DNA of 64,000 nt, from assembly GCA_024654525.1 (NCBI GenBank), contig JANLHI010000022.1, forward strand, positions 3,931 through 67,930, in the 5' to 3' direction. This DNA is from Patescibacteria group bacterium. GTDB lineage: Bacteria > Patescibacteriota > Minisyncoccia > UBA6257 > 2-01-FULL-56-20. Shown here one piece after another: positions 54,937-64,000 of this stretch (its first letter is position 1; each line of letters starts with the position of its first letter). The position numbers and the translations under genes are program-made. The notes below the pieces were generated by a model. That model saw only the letters and a program-made list of their open reading frames with translations. It was not told where the DNA came from and ran no database searches.

Positions 54937-55458
54937 TTATTTTTCTCTCAAATACTTTTCGAATCCGATTTTCTCCAGTTTCTGGGCTTTCGCAATGAGC
55001 GACTTCTCTAATCCTTTCTTGTAGTCCAAAAATTTCTTTTGTAATTTTTTGTCGCTTATCGCAAGCATCTGTATTGCAAGAAGTCCCGCATTCTTCGCGC
55101 CATCAATCGCAACAGTGGCGACGGGAACTCCGGGAGGCATTTGCACTGTGGCATAGAGCGCATCAACACCATGTAAAGCGCCAGACCGAATAGGCACTCC
55201 AATAATTGGTAGCGTGGTGTGTGCCGCCATTGCCCCCGCAAGATGCGCCGCACTTCCCGCGCCCGCGATGATAACTTTCAAACCACGCGCAACGGCGGTC
55301 TGCGCATACTCTGCCGCCCGCGCAGGAAAACGATGGGCGGAAACAACCGTAATTTCATATATCACACCGAATTCTTCCAAAACTTTCGCCCCGTCTTGCA
55401 TCACGGGCAAATCCGAGTCACTTCCCATAATTATTCCAACTTGTGGATTGTGAGTCAT
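54937..55458 (-). CDS. purE: N5-CAIR mutase / AIR carboxylase
   Basis: VGIIMGSDSDLPVM, AGSAAHLAG. 173 aa. No purK in the window. Confidence 0.9.
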   Translation of the reverse strand: MTHNPQVGIIMGSDSDLPVMQDGAKVLEEFGVIYEITVVSAHRFPARAAEYAQTAVARGLKVIIAGAGSAAHLAGAMAAHTTLPIIGVPIRSGALHGVDALYATVQMPPGVPVATVAIDGAKNAGLLAIQMLAISDKKLQKKFLDYKKGLEKSLIAKAQKLEKIGFEKYLREK

Positions 55459-55479
55459 ACGTTATTGATCATAAGTTAA

Positions 55480-56322
55480 TCAATACTTACCCATAAGATA
55501 ATCCATTTTCATTACTTTGAATATAGCATCAAAATTCCCAAGAATCTTCTTTTCTCCTTGGGAAAACGTCACAATAAAATGCACTTGCACATTCGGAAGA
55601 TCTGAATCTTCAATATCTACAAGTCGAGCTTCCACGGTAAATGCGCACGTTTCAGGAATTACGAAACCTTCTGTTGCATTGATATAAAGACGCTGAAGCC
55701 TAATCGACTCTCGCACTTCTTCAAACGAATCACCGGGAAAATAATTATTTCCGTATGAGCCGGGGATGGTATGCCCCAAATTGATTTTTAAGGAGTCGTG
55801 CGTCGTGGTCATCCAACGTATTTTCTTCCCATGATCTGCAAAAAGTTTTATTGCTGTTTCATACAGCGTAGAAAAGCTCATCCCCACCTGCGCATGTTCC
55901 GCCGCCTTGTATACCACGTTATATATGTCAGTGAGATGTTGTCGCACCTGTCTGTCACCTCCCCCATACACAGTACACCCCACATCGCCAATCATCCCGG
56001 TGGCTCGGTCTATCGGTGAGGCATAGAGAATCCCAACCGTATCACCATTGAAACGATTATTTTCTGTCGGAAAAAATTGCGGACTTCGCAGTGTTTCAAA
56101 TTGAAGTCTTGTATATGGTTTTTTCTCCCCAAAGAGCACTGCCACTCCTCCCGGCGGAGGGTCGTACCAACCCATAGGATAAAATTCTTTGTGCGCTGAA
56201 AGATTAGCGAGGATTCTATCACAGACTTCCGCTTCCGAAATTCCTTCATGATTTTCAAGTGCCTTGGCAATAATTATTCCCGCAGCTTCCCGAGATTTAA
56301 CAATGGTTCCTATGCAATTCAT
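55480..56322 (-). CDS. Pita-bread-fold (M24-like) metallopeptidase-like protein
   Basis: Putative metal ligands: D..D 11 aa apart, then H (GHTIPG), E (FTVE), E. 280 aa. Weak. Confidence 0.35.
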   Translation of the reverse strand: MNCIGTIVKSREAAGIIIAKALENHEGISEAEVCDRILANLSAHKEFYPMGWYDPPPGGVAVLFGEKKPYTRLQFETLRSPQFFPTENNRFNGDTVGILYASPIDRATGMIGDVGCTVYGGGDRQVRQHLTDIYNVVYKAAEHAQVGMSFSTLYETAIKLFADHGKKIRWMTTTHDSLKINLGHTIPGSYGNNYFPGDSFEEVRESIRLQRLYINATEGFVIPETCAFTVEARLVDIEDSDLPNVQVHFIVTFSQGEKKILGNFDAIFKVMKMDYLMGKY

Positions 56323-56766
56323 TTTTCCAAAAAATACTTCTTTATTTTATTATAGTGCACCGAACTCCTTAAAAGTACAAGAGACCTGCGGATTAATCCG
56401 AAAGGTCTCTTATGCTGAAATTTCGGGGCTAAGCCCCGTGAATCTTGCCACCGTCTCAATGAGACGGGTGGTAACGACCTCCATTCTTCCCACATCATTG
56501 AAAACAATGATGTCGAATATTGGTCGCCGTAATCGGGGCGGAAAATCGGGTATCGGATCACTCCGAAGAATAGAGTTGATCACCACCGCGTAGCGATACG
56601 CGATCCGCAGTCTCCTCTGTCGCTCTTTCTTCGGCGCACGAATGAAGATGCGAAGCATCATTCCTCTCTTTGTTAAATGTGCGTTGTTTACTAACGCCTC
56701 TAGCGTAACGCCGTTATACACCATTTGTCAATCTCACCGCGCACCCAATGACTGACAATCAATAGA

Positions 56767-58092
56767 TTACGGTCTGTAACGCAATGATTTTGCACCAATA
56801 TCTTTTCGGTAATACATTCCCTCAAAATGAATCTTCCCCACTGCCTGATATGCCTTGTCGAGTGCTTCTTTCAAAGTCTTGCCTATGGCAGTAACACCCA
56901 ATACTCGCCCACCAGACGTAACTAATTTTTCACCCTCTAGTTTCGTTCCCGCGTGAAAGACCACTACACCTGGTATTTTCTCAGCTTCTTCGATACCAGT
57001 GATTTCTTTTCCTTTTTCATAACTACCTGGATACCCTTTACTGCAAAGAATAACACAGCACGCAAACCCAGGGTTCCACTCTATATTCACATTCTCAAGT
57101 GTCCCTTCAATGCACGCCTCGACGATATCCAATAAATCGGTTTTAAGGAGTCGCATATAACTCTGCGTTTCCGGGTCTCCAAAACGAGCATTAAACTCGA
57201 GCGTCTTTACACCACCCGAACTCATCTTGAGACCCGGATACAAACACCCTGCGAACGGATATCCCTTCGCTTTCATTCCTATGAGCGCAGGCGCGACGAT
57301 TCGCTTTTCAAATTCGACGAGCATCTCCGCCGTCACCCACGGCAAAGGCGCGATGGTACCCATGCCTCCCGTGTTCGATCCCGTATCATTCTCGCCTATG
57401 GGCTTATGATCCTGTGCCGTCGGGAAAAGCGAATACGAAACACCATCCGAAAACACATGAAGTGAAATTTCCTGCCCATCCAAATACTCCTCAATTACCA
57501 CTTCCGCTCCCGCCGCACCAAACATTTTCTCCGCCATTATTCTTTGTAAAGCTTCTTCCGCCTCGCTCATCGTTTCACACACAAAAACACCTTTTCCTAA
57601 CGCGAGTCCGCTCGCCTTCACCACAATCGGCGCGCTCCGCGATGCGAGATATTTTTTTGCGGCTTCATAATCGGAAAAAGTTTTAAACTCCGCCGTAGGA
57701 ATCCCCGCCTCTGCCATAAATTGCTTCGAAAATACTTTTGACGCCTCGATTTCCGCCGCGGCTTTTGTGGGACCAAAGGCGGGAATGCCTTTTGCCCGAA
57801 GCACGTCTATAAGCCCCAGCGCAAGCGCATCGTCGGGACCCACCACCACGCAATCCACTCTTCTCTCCACCGCAAACGCGGTGAGTTTCTCGATATACGT
57901 CGCAACAATAGGCACATTCTCGCCCAACAATTTCGTGCCGCCGTTCCCCGGCGCAATATAAAGCTTCTCCACGCGCAACGATTGCGCAAGTTTCCACGCA
58001 AGCGCGTGTTCGCGCCCGCCAGAACCAACAACTAATATTGTTTTTCCACTACTCATTATTTTGGTTGTATCCCCAACTTTCCGGCAACCCAC
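56767..58092 (-). CDS. purD: Phosphoribosylamine-glycine ligase
   Basis: ATP-grasp GARS. Probable start MSSGKTILVVGSGGREHA at 58056. Confidence 0.9.
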   Translation of the reverse strand: MGCRKVGDTTKIMSSGKTILVVGSGGREHALAWKLAQSLRVEKLYIAPGNGGTKLLGENVPIVATYIEKLTAFAVERRVDCVVVGPDDALALGLIDVLRAKGIPAFGPTKAAAEIEASKVFSKQFMAEAGIPTAEFKTFSDYEAAKKYLASRSAPIVVKASGLALGKGVFVCETMSEAEEALQRIMAEKMFGAAGAEVVIEEYLDGQEISLHVFSDGVSYSLFPTAQDHKPIGENDTGSNTGGMGTIAPLPWVTAEMLVEFEKRIVAPALIGMKAKGYPFAGCLYPGLKMSSGGVKTLEFNARFGDPETQSYMRLLKTDLLDIVEACIEGTLENVNIEWNPGFACCVILCSKGYPGSYEKGKEITGIEEAEKIPGVVVFHAGTKLEGEKLVTSGGRVLGVTAIGKTLKEALDKAYQAVGKIHFEGMYYRKDIGAKSLRYRP

Positions 58093-58691
58093 AATATAAA
58101 ATCCAATTTTTTAGAATCAGGAATTGGACAATCACTAAACTTTTTATTGAAAACCAATAACATATTTTTACATCTCCCATCAATCCGCATCTGCTTATAA
58201 AAATCTTTGAGTGTTGTGTAATAACTCAAGTACTTTTCAATCCTCTTATATTTTGACGGATAACCGAAACCAAATATATGAGATATCTTTGAATCATAAA
58301 TGGGATATTCTGGATTTATCATATTTAGTAGTTTTGTAGTAAATGAGAACTGGACAGCATTACGTCCTTGCACATCTTCAAAACTCTGTAATTCTAGCAA
58401 TATTTTTGCTACATCTTTATCGGTAAAAGATTCTTTTTTCCGAAAATACTGCATCAACTCAAAATACTCATGTTTGAATTCAGGTGATAACCCAGCTCTA
58501 TCTAATCCATAATATGAACGAAATACAAATTGAAAAACAAAATTATTTCTTACATCTCCCTTTTTGAACTCCGCCGTTAAGAATTTATACACATGCACAT
58601 CTTCGCACTCAATCAATGCAACAATTCTATGAATATTATTACTTATAAACAAAATTATTTCCTCTAGACTTCGCATATAAGTTTTCTTCAT
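58056..58691 (-). CDS. Hypothetical 211-aa protein translationally coupled between purN and purD
   Basis: ATG at 58691 lies 1 nt after the purN stop. Its stop overlaps the purD ATG as TAATG. Confidence 0.5.
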   Translation of the reverse strand: MKKTYMRSLEEIILFISNNIHRIVALIECEDVHVYKFLTAEFKKGDVRNNFVFQFVFRSYYGLDRAGLSPEFKHEYFELMQYFRKKESFTDKDVAKILLELQSFEDVQGRNAVQFSFTTKLLNMINPEYPIYDSKISHIFGFGYPSKYKRIEKYLSYYTTLKDFYKQMRIDGRCKNMLLVFNKKFSDCPIPDSKKLDFILWVAGKLGIQPK

Positions 58692-58692
58692 A

Positions 58693-59466
58693 TTACCCGT
58701 TCGGAAACATCTCGACTGCCCTTCGCTTTGCTTCTTCAAGAATCTGCTCCTCGCCGGGGAGAATGAGCGGCTTTCCTCTCACAATTTCTTTTACCGCGCC
58801 TTTCGCAAACATTTCAATCGTTTCAATCTGCACCTTATGCTCTACCGGCAATGCGCGGGCGGCAAGCGTTTCTGGCGTATCATCTTCTAAAATAGAAACT
58901 TGCTTTGCGTGTAATACTGCGCCTTTGTCATATTCGGTAGTCACGCGATGCGCCGTCATCTCTGTCCAAAAGTCCCGCTGCACCGCACGAACAAAAAATA
59001 ATCGTGCCGCATGCACACGCTTCCCATACATTCCTTTTCCACCGAAATCCGGCCGCCCCGGGTCAAGCGGGCCCGGATGTTGGTTTACAATCCTTCCCTC
59101 AAACGCCGCGATTACATTTTCCGGAGTTTTCACAAGCCAACCATATTGCCCCACAAAATCTACTCCACGCGCACGACATTCTTTGATAATCGACTCACCA
59201 AACTCATCACGCGAAGGAAACGCTTTTGGTGAAAGCACTATCACATCTTTTTTTGGCACGCCTGCGCGTTTCACGCGTTCGATACCGCCCGCCTCGGGTT
59301 TGCTCGCAATCACACACGCCACTTCCACGCCCGAAAGCCGTCCCATCTGTGTCGCGCGAATAATCGCCTCCGCAGTAGTCCCCCCGCCGGAAAGTAAAAT
59401 CGCAATTCTCATTATATTAAAATTCATTCTACCTTTTCTCATCCAAAAACTCGACAAGCACGCCAT
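58693..59466 (-). CDS. purN: Phosphoribosylglycinamide formyltransferase
   Basis: MRIAILLSGGGTTAEAII, NQHPGPL. Probable start at 59412 or 59427. Confidence 0.85.
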   Translation of the reverse strand: MACLSSFWMRKGRMNFNIMRIAILLSGGGTTAEAIIRATQMGRLSGVEVACVIASKPEAGGIERVKRAGVPKKDVIVLSPKAFPSRDEFGESIIKECRARGVDFVGQYGWLVKTPENVIAAFEGRIVNQHPGPLDPGRPDFGGKGMYGKRVHAARLFFVRAVQRDFWTEMTAHRVTTEYDKGAVLHAKQVSILEDDTPETLAARALPVEHKVQIETIEMFAKGAVKEIVRGKPLILPGEEQILEEAKRRAVEMFPNG

Positions 59467-59504
59467 CCTCTATGGAACAATTCTATAGAATTGTTCCATA
59501 GAGG
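59467..59504. promoter_or_regulatory. 38-bp perfect palindrome CCTCTATGGAACAATTC-TATA-GAATTGTTCCATAGAGG (ArsR-1 box), immediately upstream of purN
   Basis: Perfect reverse-complement symmetry. Confidence 0.6.
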
Positions 59505-59509
59505 AAACC

Positions 59510-59797
59510 CTATACCAGTTTGATTAAAATTCTGAAATCTTCGGGCATGTTGGCGCCCAGAGAATAAAAAACGTGTCCGTTCATTCCTTTTGCATCCACT
59601 ACATCAAGTCGTTTAAGAATAGCGAGATGGTTTGAGGTCGCTTTAAGCGAAATTTCCAACTCATCCGCAATCTGTCCCACGTGCATCGCCGGCCCTTCCG
59701 AAAGCATCACTATAATTTTTAAGCGATTCACGTTCGCCAGCGCCCGAAACACCGTAGTCCAACGTTTATGATTCCGATTTCCTTTCGCCATGCCCAT
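59510..59797 (-). CDS. ArsR/SmtB-family transcriptional regulator (paralog 1) inside the pur operon
   Basis: HTH VGQIADELEISLKATSNHLAILKRLDVV. A TATAAT at 59810..59805 sits 7 nt before ATG 59797, so the transcript may be leaderless. Confidence 0.8.
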   Translation of the reverse strand: MGMAKGNRNHKRWTTVFRALANVNRLKIIVMLSEGPAMHVGQIADELEISLKATSNHLAILKRLDVVDAKGMNGHVFYSLGANMPEDFRILIKLV

Positions 59798-59814
59798 TCC
59801 ATATATTATATCGC

Positions 59815-59844
59815 ATTGGAACAATTCTATAGAATTGTTCCAAT
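59815..59844. promoter_or_regulatory. 30-bp perfect palindrome ATTGGAACAATTC-TATA-GAATTGTTCCAAT (ArsR-1 box) overlapping the arsR-1 promoter
   Basis: Abuts the -10 element. Confidence 0.6.
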
Positions 59845-59954
59845 AAAAAAATATTACCAGCCGTTATAGCCCTTGTGTTCTTTTTTTATAATTATTTTTG
59901 CTTTCGATTCCGACCTTTATTTTTTCAATACAGGAACCGGCATTTTCAACGTTC

Positions 59955-61382
59955 TCAACTCGCAAACAAGCTTCCCTGACGTTCATGCATCACTTCCATA
60001 ATACGGACTTCGCGAATACGTTCGCGGATATCTATCGAATATCCGCCCGTGAAGCACGAAAGATTGAACATGGTACGCGGAAGACGTGTTGCGCCCACCA
60101 ATCCACTAAGAGAAAGATAATACAGAGATGTTGCACCAAGATACCTTCCGATTTCTTCAACCGATTTATCCGTCGCGATTAAATCTTTTTGAGCCGGCGT
60201 ATCTATTCCATAAAAGTCAGGGAATAAAATCGGCGGAGAACTTATCAAGAAATGCACTTCACTCGCACCCGCCTCAAAAAGCGTTTTGATAATCCTACGC
60301 GATGTGGTGCCTCTCACAATCGAATCATCAATTAACACTACGCGCTTTCCCTTCAATACTTCCGGTAACGGCACCAATTTCATTTTCACGCCTAAATCGC
60401 GCGTATGCGAATCCGGTTCAATAAACGTGCGGTGAATATAGCGGTTTTTAAGGAGTGCGAGCTCAAGAGGAATTCCACTTTCCTGCGCATACCCAACCGC
60501 GACGTGAATCGCAGTCTCCGGAACCGGTACCACAATATCCGCGTCCGGATGATATTCTTTTGCAAGCTGAACACCGCAATTGCGACGCACTTCATAAACC
60601 GAACGTCCAAGAAACGTGCTGTCGGGACGGGCAAAATACACAAATTCAAAAATATCAAATTTTTGATCGGGCGGTACGATTTGCTCCGTTTGAATTCCCG
60701 ACTTATCCACGGTCACCATCTCACCGGGATTCACCTCACGCACAAATTCAGCTCCTATTGCGTGGAGTGCGCATGTCTCCGACGCAAATACTGTCCCGTT
60801 ACTATTAATCTTTCCCATCACAAGCGGACGAATACCGCACCCGTCACGCACCGCAACAAGGGAATCCCTTGTCATCGCCACCACCGAAAACGCACCGGTA
60901 AAAAGCGGGAACGCCTGACGCACCGCTTCACGCAACGTGCTTCCTTTTTTGAGATAATACCCCACCGCCTCCGCCATCAATTCTGAATCGTTTTTCCCTT
61001 CGACAGAGACTCCATTTGCACTTAAAAATTCTTCAAGTGCAACGGTACTCGGAAGATTCCCGTTATGCGCGAACGCAAGCGTATCGTCATACGCTTTTAC
61101 CGGCTGATTATGAAATGCATCGGTACCCTTCGAAGTCGAATAGCGAACATGTCCTATTGCACAATATCCTACAAGCGCACGAATATCTTCTTCGGCAAAC
61201 GCTTGTGCAACAAGTCCTCTCTTTCTGCAAAATCGGATTTGAGACCCGTCACTCGCCGCAATGCCCGCCCCCTCCTGTCCGCGATGCTGTAAAGAAAAAA
61301 GCCCATAGAATGCAAGTCGGCTTACGTCGAGTCCTTCGCCGAAAACACCAAACACACCGCATTTCTCATTCAACTCACGCAT
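59955..61382 (-). CDS. purF: Amidophosphoribosyltransferase with short propeptide
   Basis: MRELNEKCGVFGVFG: catalytic Cys after a propeptide, as in B. subtilis PurF. PRTase motifs. Confidence 0.9.
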   Translation of the reverse strand: MRELNEKCGVFGVFGEGLDVSRLAFYGLFSLQHRGQEGAGIAASDGSQIRFCRKRGLVAQAFAEEDIRALVGYCAIGHVRYSTSKGTDAFHNQPVKAYDDTLAFAHNGNLPSTVALEEFLSANGVSVEGKNDSELMAEAVGYYLKKGSTLREAVRQAFPLFTGAFSVVAMTRDSLVAVRDGCGIRPLVMGKINSNGTVFASETCALHAIGAEFVREVNPGEMVTVDKSGIQTEQIVPPDQKFDIFEFVYFARPDSTFLGRSVYEVRRNCGVQLAKEYHPDADIVVPVPETAIHVAVGYAQESGIPLELALLKNRYIHRTFIEPDSHTRDLGVKMKLVPLPEVLKGKRVVLIDDSIVRGTTSRRIIKTLFEAGASEVHFLISSPPILFPDFYGIDTPAQKDLIATDKSVEEIGRYLGATSLYYLSLSGLVGATRLPRTMFNLSCFTGGYSIDIRERIREVRIMEVMHERQGSLFAS

Positions 61383-61387
61383 GATTG

Positions 61388-62158
61388 TTATTTAAAATAA
61401 GAAACTGCATTTTTGAAAAGTTTGAGGCCGGGACCGTCCGTAGGAATTCTTTTTTTATTTCTTGACGATTGCTCCTTAAGATATGGCCAATGTGGTAACT
61501 GTGTAAAAAACTGTGCGCGTTCTGGATGAGGCATCATTCCCAATATTCTACCATTGCGTGCGAGAACACCCGCGATGTTTTTAACCGATCCGTTTGGATT
61601 TGCGGGTAAATTCTCGTGCTCACATATTTCCCCCTTTATATAGGTAAATGCGATTGCGTGATTCTTCTCAAGATACGCAAGTGTTTCTGCATCCGCGACA
61701 AATTTTCCTTCGCCATGAGCAATCGGGAGCATTGCGTGTTGTACACCGCGAAGCCAAGGGCTCTCTCCCCGCACTTCGACATCCACCCATCTCACTATAT
61801 ACCGCGCGGAATCGTTATAGGTGAGTGCCCCCGGAAGAAGTCCTGTATTCGTCAAAATTTGAAACCCGTTGCAAATCCCTATTCCCAACTTATCCGCAGA
61901 AAAGAAATTTTCGATTTCCTGTGCAAAATGATTTTTTATTTTGTGTGCATATGCCTTTCCCGAACCTGTGTCGTCTCCGTAAGAAAATCCTCCCGGCATC
62001 GCGAGAATTTTATATGCTTTAAGCGAAATAAGTCCGTCCACAATATCATTGATATGCACGATATCCGCTTTCGCACCGGCCCGCTCGAACGCGACTTTTG
62101 TTTCTTCTTCGCAATTCAAGCCATATCCGGAAAAAATTATAACTTTTGGTTTTTGCAT
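61388..62158 (-). CDS. purQ: FGAM synthase, glutaminase subunit
   Basis: GICNGFQ, HGEGKF, MPHPER. Confidence 0.9.
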   Translation of the reverse strand: MQKPKVIIFSGYGLNCEEETKVAFERAGAKADIVHINDIVDGLISLKAYKILAMPGGFSYGDDTGSGKAYAHKIKNHFAQEIENFFSADKLGIGICNGFQILTNTGLLPGALTYNDSARYIVRWVDVEVRGESPWLRGVQHAMLPIAHGEGKFVADAETLAYLEKNHAIAFTYIKGEICEHENLPANPNGSVKNIAGVLARNGRILGMMPHPERAQFFTQLPHWPYLKEQSSRNKKRIPTDGPGLKLFKNAVSYFK

Positions 62159-62191
62159 ATAGGTTATTGACTACCGTTCATATGGCATAAA

Positions 62192-64000
62192 TTAATAATT
62201 TTTAAATGTCCCTCGATATGCTTCAAGCGCACTCTTTATATTAATCCGTACCGCACGCGCACCATCCCATCCTTTAATATGCACGACTCCATCATGTGCT
62301 ACCGTGCCAATGCGCATACATGCATTTCCCCGCATAAGCGCTTCAAACTCCTTGCATTTTTTCGGATCCACACTTACCACTATCCGTCCCTGCGATTCAG
62401 AAAAAAGCGCGAGATCATCACGAGTATGATTTCCCGGAACATTCCTTAAATCTATATCCGCGCCAAGCATTCCTCCCATCGCGCTTTTCATAAGTGCGAC
62501 CGCAAACCCCCCGCGCCCCACACTTACCGCCGATGCCACAAATCCTCGCGCAAGCGCACGCGCCATTGCGCGATATAATTTCCCGTTTTTCTTCGCATCA
62601 ACGCGTGGCACACTATTCCCCATACAATCCTTTCCTATGCGCTCGGACTGCATAACCGCATATTCCGTTCCGCCGATTTCATCATTCGTTTCTCCTAAAA
62701 TATAAATCGCATCTCCGGATATTTTAAAGTCAGAGGTAATGCATTTTGTGCTATCAGACACAATACCGATTGCCGAAATAAGAAGCGTGGGAGGAACCGA
62801 AATAGAAACAGGTTTTCCTTCGGCATCAAACCCTTTGAAATCATTAAACATACTGTCCTTTCCCGAAATGAACGGGGTGCCGTACGCAACCGCATAGTCA
62901 TAACATGCATGTACGGCATCTTTCAGTTGCGCAAGACGCACCGGATTATGCGAGTCGCACCAGCAAAAATTATCCAAAATTGCAATCCTGTCGGGATCGG
63001 CTCCACCCACCACCGCGGTGCGCACCGCCGTATCAATCGCACATGCCGCCATGTCGTATGCATTAATTTCCGAATACGTGGGATACAATCCCTGCGAAAG
63101 CACCACTGCCTGTTTTGAATCAAGTCTTGGACGCGTCACAGTCGCATCCACATTCACACGCCCGCGTCCCGCGAATGGTTTTATCACCGATCCTCCCTGC
63201 ACCTCGTGGTCGTACTGGCTCGAGATATGCGCAAAACTCGCGATATTCGGACGCGCAAGCATTTCGAGAATCGTTGCATTAAATGCACCGGAAGATTCTT
63301 TTGGAGGCTCACTACGACGAATATGCGCCACACTCGACATCATGTCGCGCCGCACCCATCCTTCATGGAGAAAATCCATACTAATATCCATTATTTTTTT
63401 TCCATCATGCTCCACCACGCACCGCCCCGAATCCGTAAACTCGCCAACAATCGTCGCCTCCACGCCGCGCCTTCGAAACAACGTCACAAGCTCTTTTAAT
63501 TTTTCCTTCGGTACCGCAAGCGTCATTCTTTCCTGCGACTCTGAAATCCAAATTTCCCACGGCGCAAGTCCGGGATATTTCAGAGGCACCTTATCAAGAG
63601 CCACTTTACATCCGCCCGACTCTTTCGCCATCTCAGCAATTGAGCATGAGATCCCTCCCGCGCCGTTATCAGTAATACTCGAATATAATCCTTTATCGCG
63701 CGCTTCCTTCACCAATACATCGGAAAGTTTTTTCTGCGTAATAGGGTCGCCAATTTGCACCGCCATCGCGGGACTCCCCGCGTCGAGCGCGACGGACGAG
63801 AACGTCGCGCCATGAATTCCATCGAGTCCCACACGATTCCCCGCAATTACAATATAATCCCCCGACCGCGCCCGCTTCTCATATAATTTGCGGGATATCC
63901 CCCGTGAACCCGAATGGCTTTTACGGGGAATCAATCCCACGGTTCCCACAAATACTCCCGGCTTCGCACGATACCGCGGGTCAAAGAACACAAATCCCTG
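62192..64000 (-). CDS. purL: FGAM synthase II (PurM-like domains). N-terminus beyond the window end.
   Basis: Runs off the window edge. Paired with purQ. Confidence 0.85.
   Translation of the reverse strand, partial: QGFVFFDPRYRAKPGVFVGTVGLIPRKSHSGSRGISRKLYEKRARSGDYIVIAGNRVGLDGIHGATFSSVALDAGSPAMAVQIGDPITQKKLSDVLVKEARDKGLYSSITDNGAGGISCSIAEMAKESGGCKVALDKVPLKYPGLAPWEIWISESQERMTLAVPKEKLKELVTLFRRRGVEATIVGEFTDSGRCVVEHDGKKIMDISMDFLHEGWVRRDMMSSVAHIRRSEPPKESSGAFNATILEMLARPNIASFAHISSQYDHEVQGGSVIKPFAGRGRVNVDATVTRPRLDSKQAVVLSQGLYPTYSEINAYDMAACAIDTAVRTAVVGGADPDRIAILDNFCWCDSHNPVRLAQLKDAVHACYDYAVAYGTPFISGKDSMFNDFKGFDAEGKPVSISVPPTLLISAIGIVSDSTKCITSDFKISGDAIYILGETNDEIGGTEYAVMQSERIGKDCMGNSVPRVDAKKNGKLYRAMARALARGFVASAVSVGRGGFAVALMKSAMGGMLGADIDLRNVPGNHTRDDLALFSESQGRIVVSVDPKKCKEFEALMRGNACMRIGTVAHDGVVHIKGWDGARAVRINIKSALEAYRGTFKNY

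Noticed and set aside
56410-56724. 104-aa minus-strand ORF in the purD/M24 intergenic region
   Set aside because: Arg-rich and low-complexity. The region is better described as structured noncoding, or left unresolved.
1-64000. CRISPR arrays, rRNA genes, and transposase or integrase genes
   Set aside because: No spacer-repeat periodicity, no rRNA-like conserved stretches, and no recombinase motifs were seen on either strand.

Overview
This 64 kb window is a bacterial chromosomal segment with dense, mostly minus-strand genes. GC is about 40-47 % by hand counts, with a 55-62 % block at roughly 8.4-13.9 kb. A near-complete de novo purine/GMP gene set is present (purL, purQ, purF, purN, purD, purE, purM-like, purC, guaB, guaA, purB, purH), so this is not a reduced CPR-type genome. 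Other calls include thrC, metG, tRNA-Met(CAU), metK, lexA, NRAMP, a P-type ATPase, MATE, UppP, a DEAD-box helicase, a UvrD/PD-(D/E)XK helicase-nuclease, Tag, and class I FBA. No rRNA, CRISPR array or transposase/integrase was seen. The most unusual region is a GC-rich methionine/SAM-themed block: metG, tRNA-Met, an atypical RlmN/Cfr-like radical SAM gene, a Zn-ribbon gene, and metK. In it, the radical SAM gene and metK are divergently transcribed, and the first 21 coding nt plus 13 upstream nt of each are a perfect 34-bp inverted repeat. These repeats bound a 1.4 kb AT-rich segment carrying an unknown Zn-ribbon protein. Other findings worth a second look: a SAM-I riboswitch with its own promoter and terminator controlling an orphan 112-aa gene; two small ArsR-family regulators, each flanked on both sides by 30-38-bp perfect palindromes, one embedded in the pur operon with a third box next to the riboswitch promoter; and a 55-bp terminator sequence duplicated as direct repeats around a 2-gene cassette. 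Lower-priority leads are a kinase-thrC-HAD operon, an unknown gene translationally coupled inside the pur operon, and a 440-nt hairpin-dense ORF-less region. All calls are from manual reading of the sequence and the ORF track. No database searches were run.
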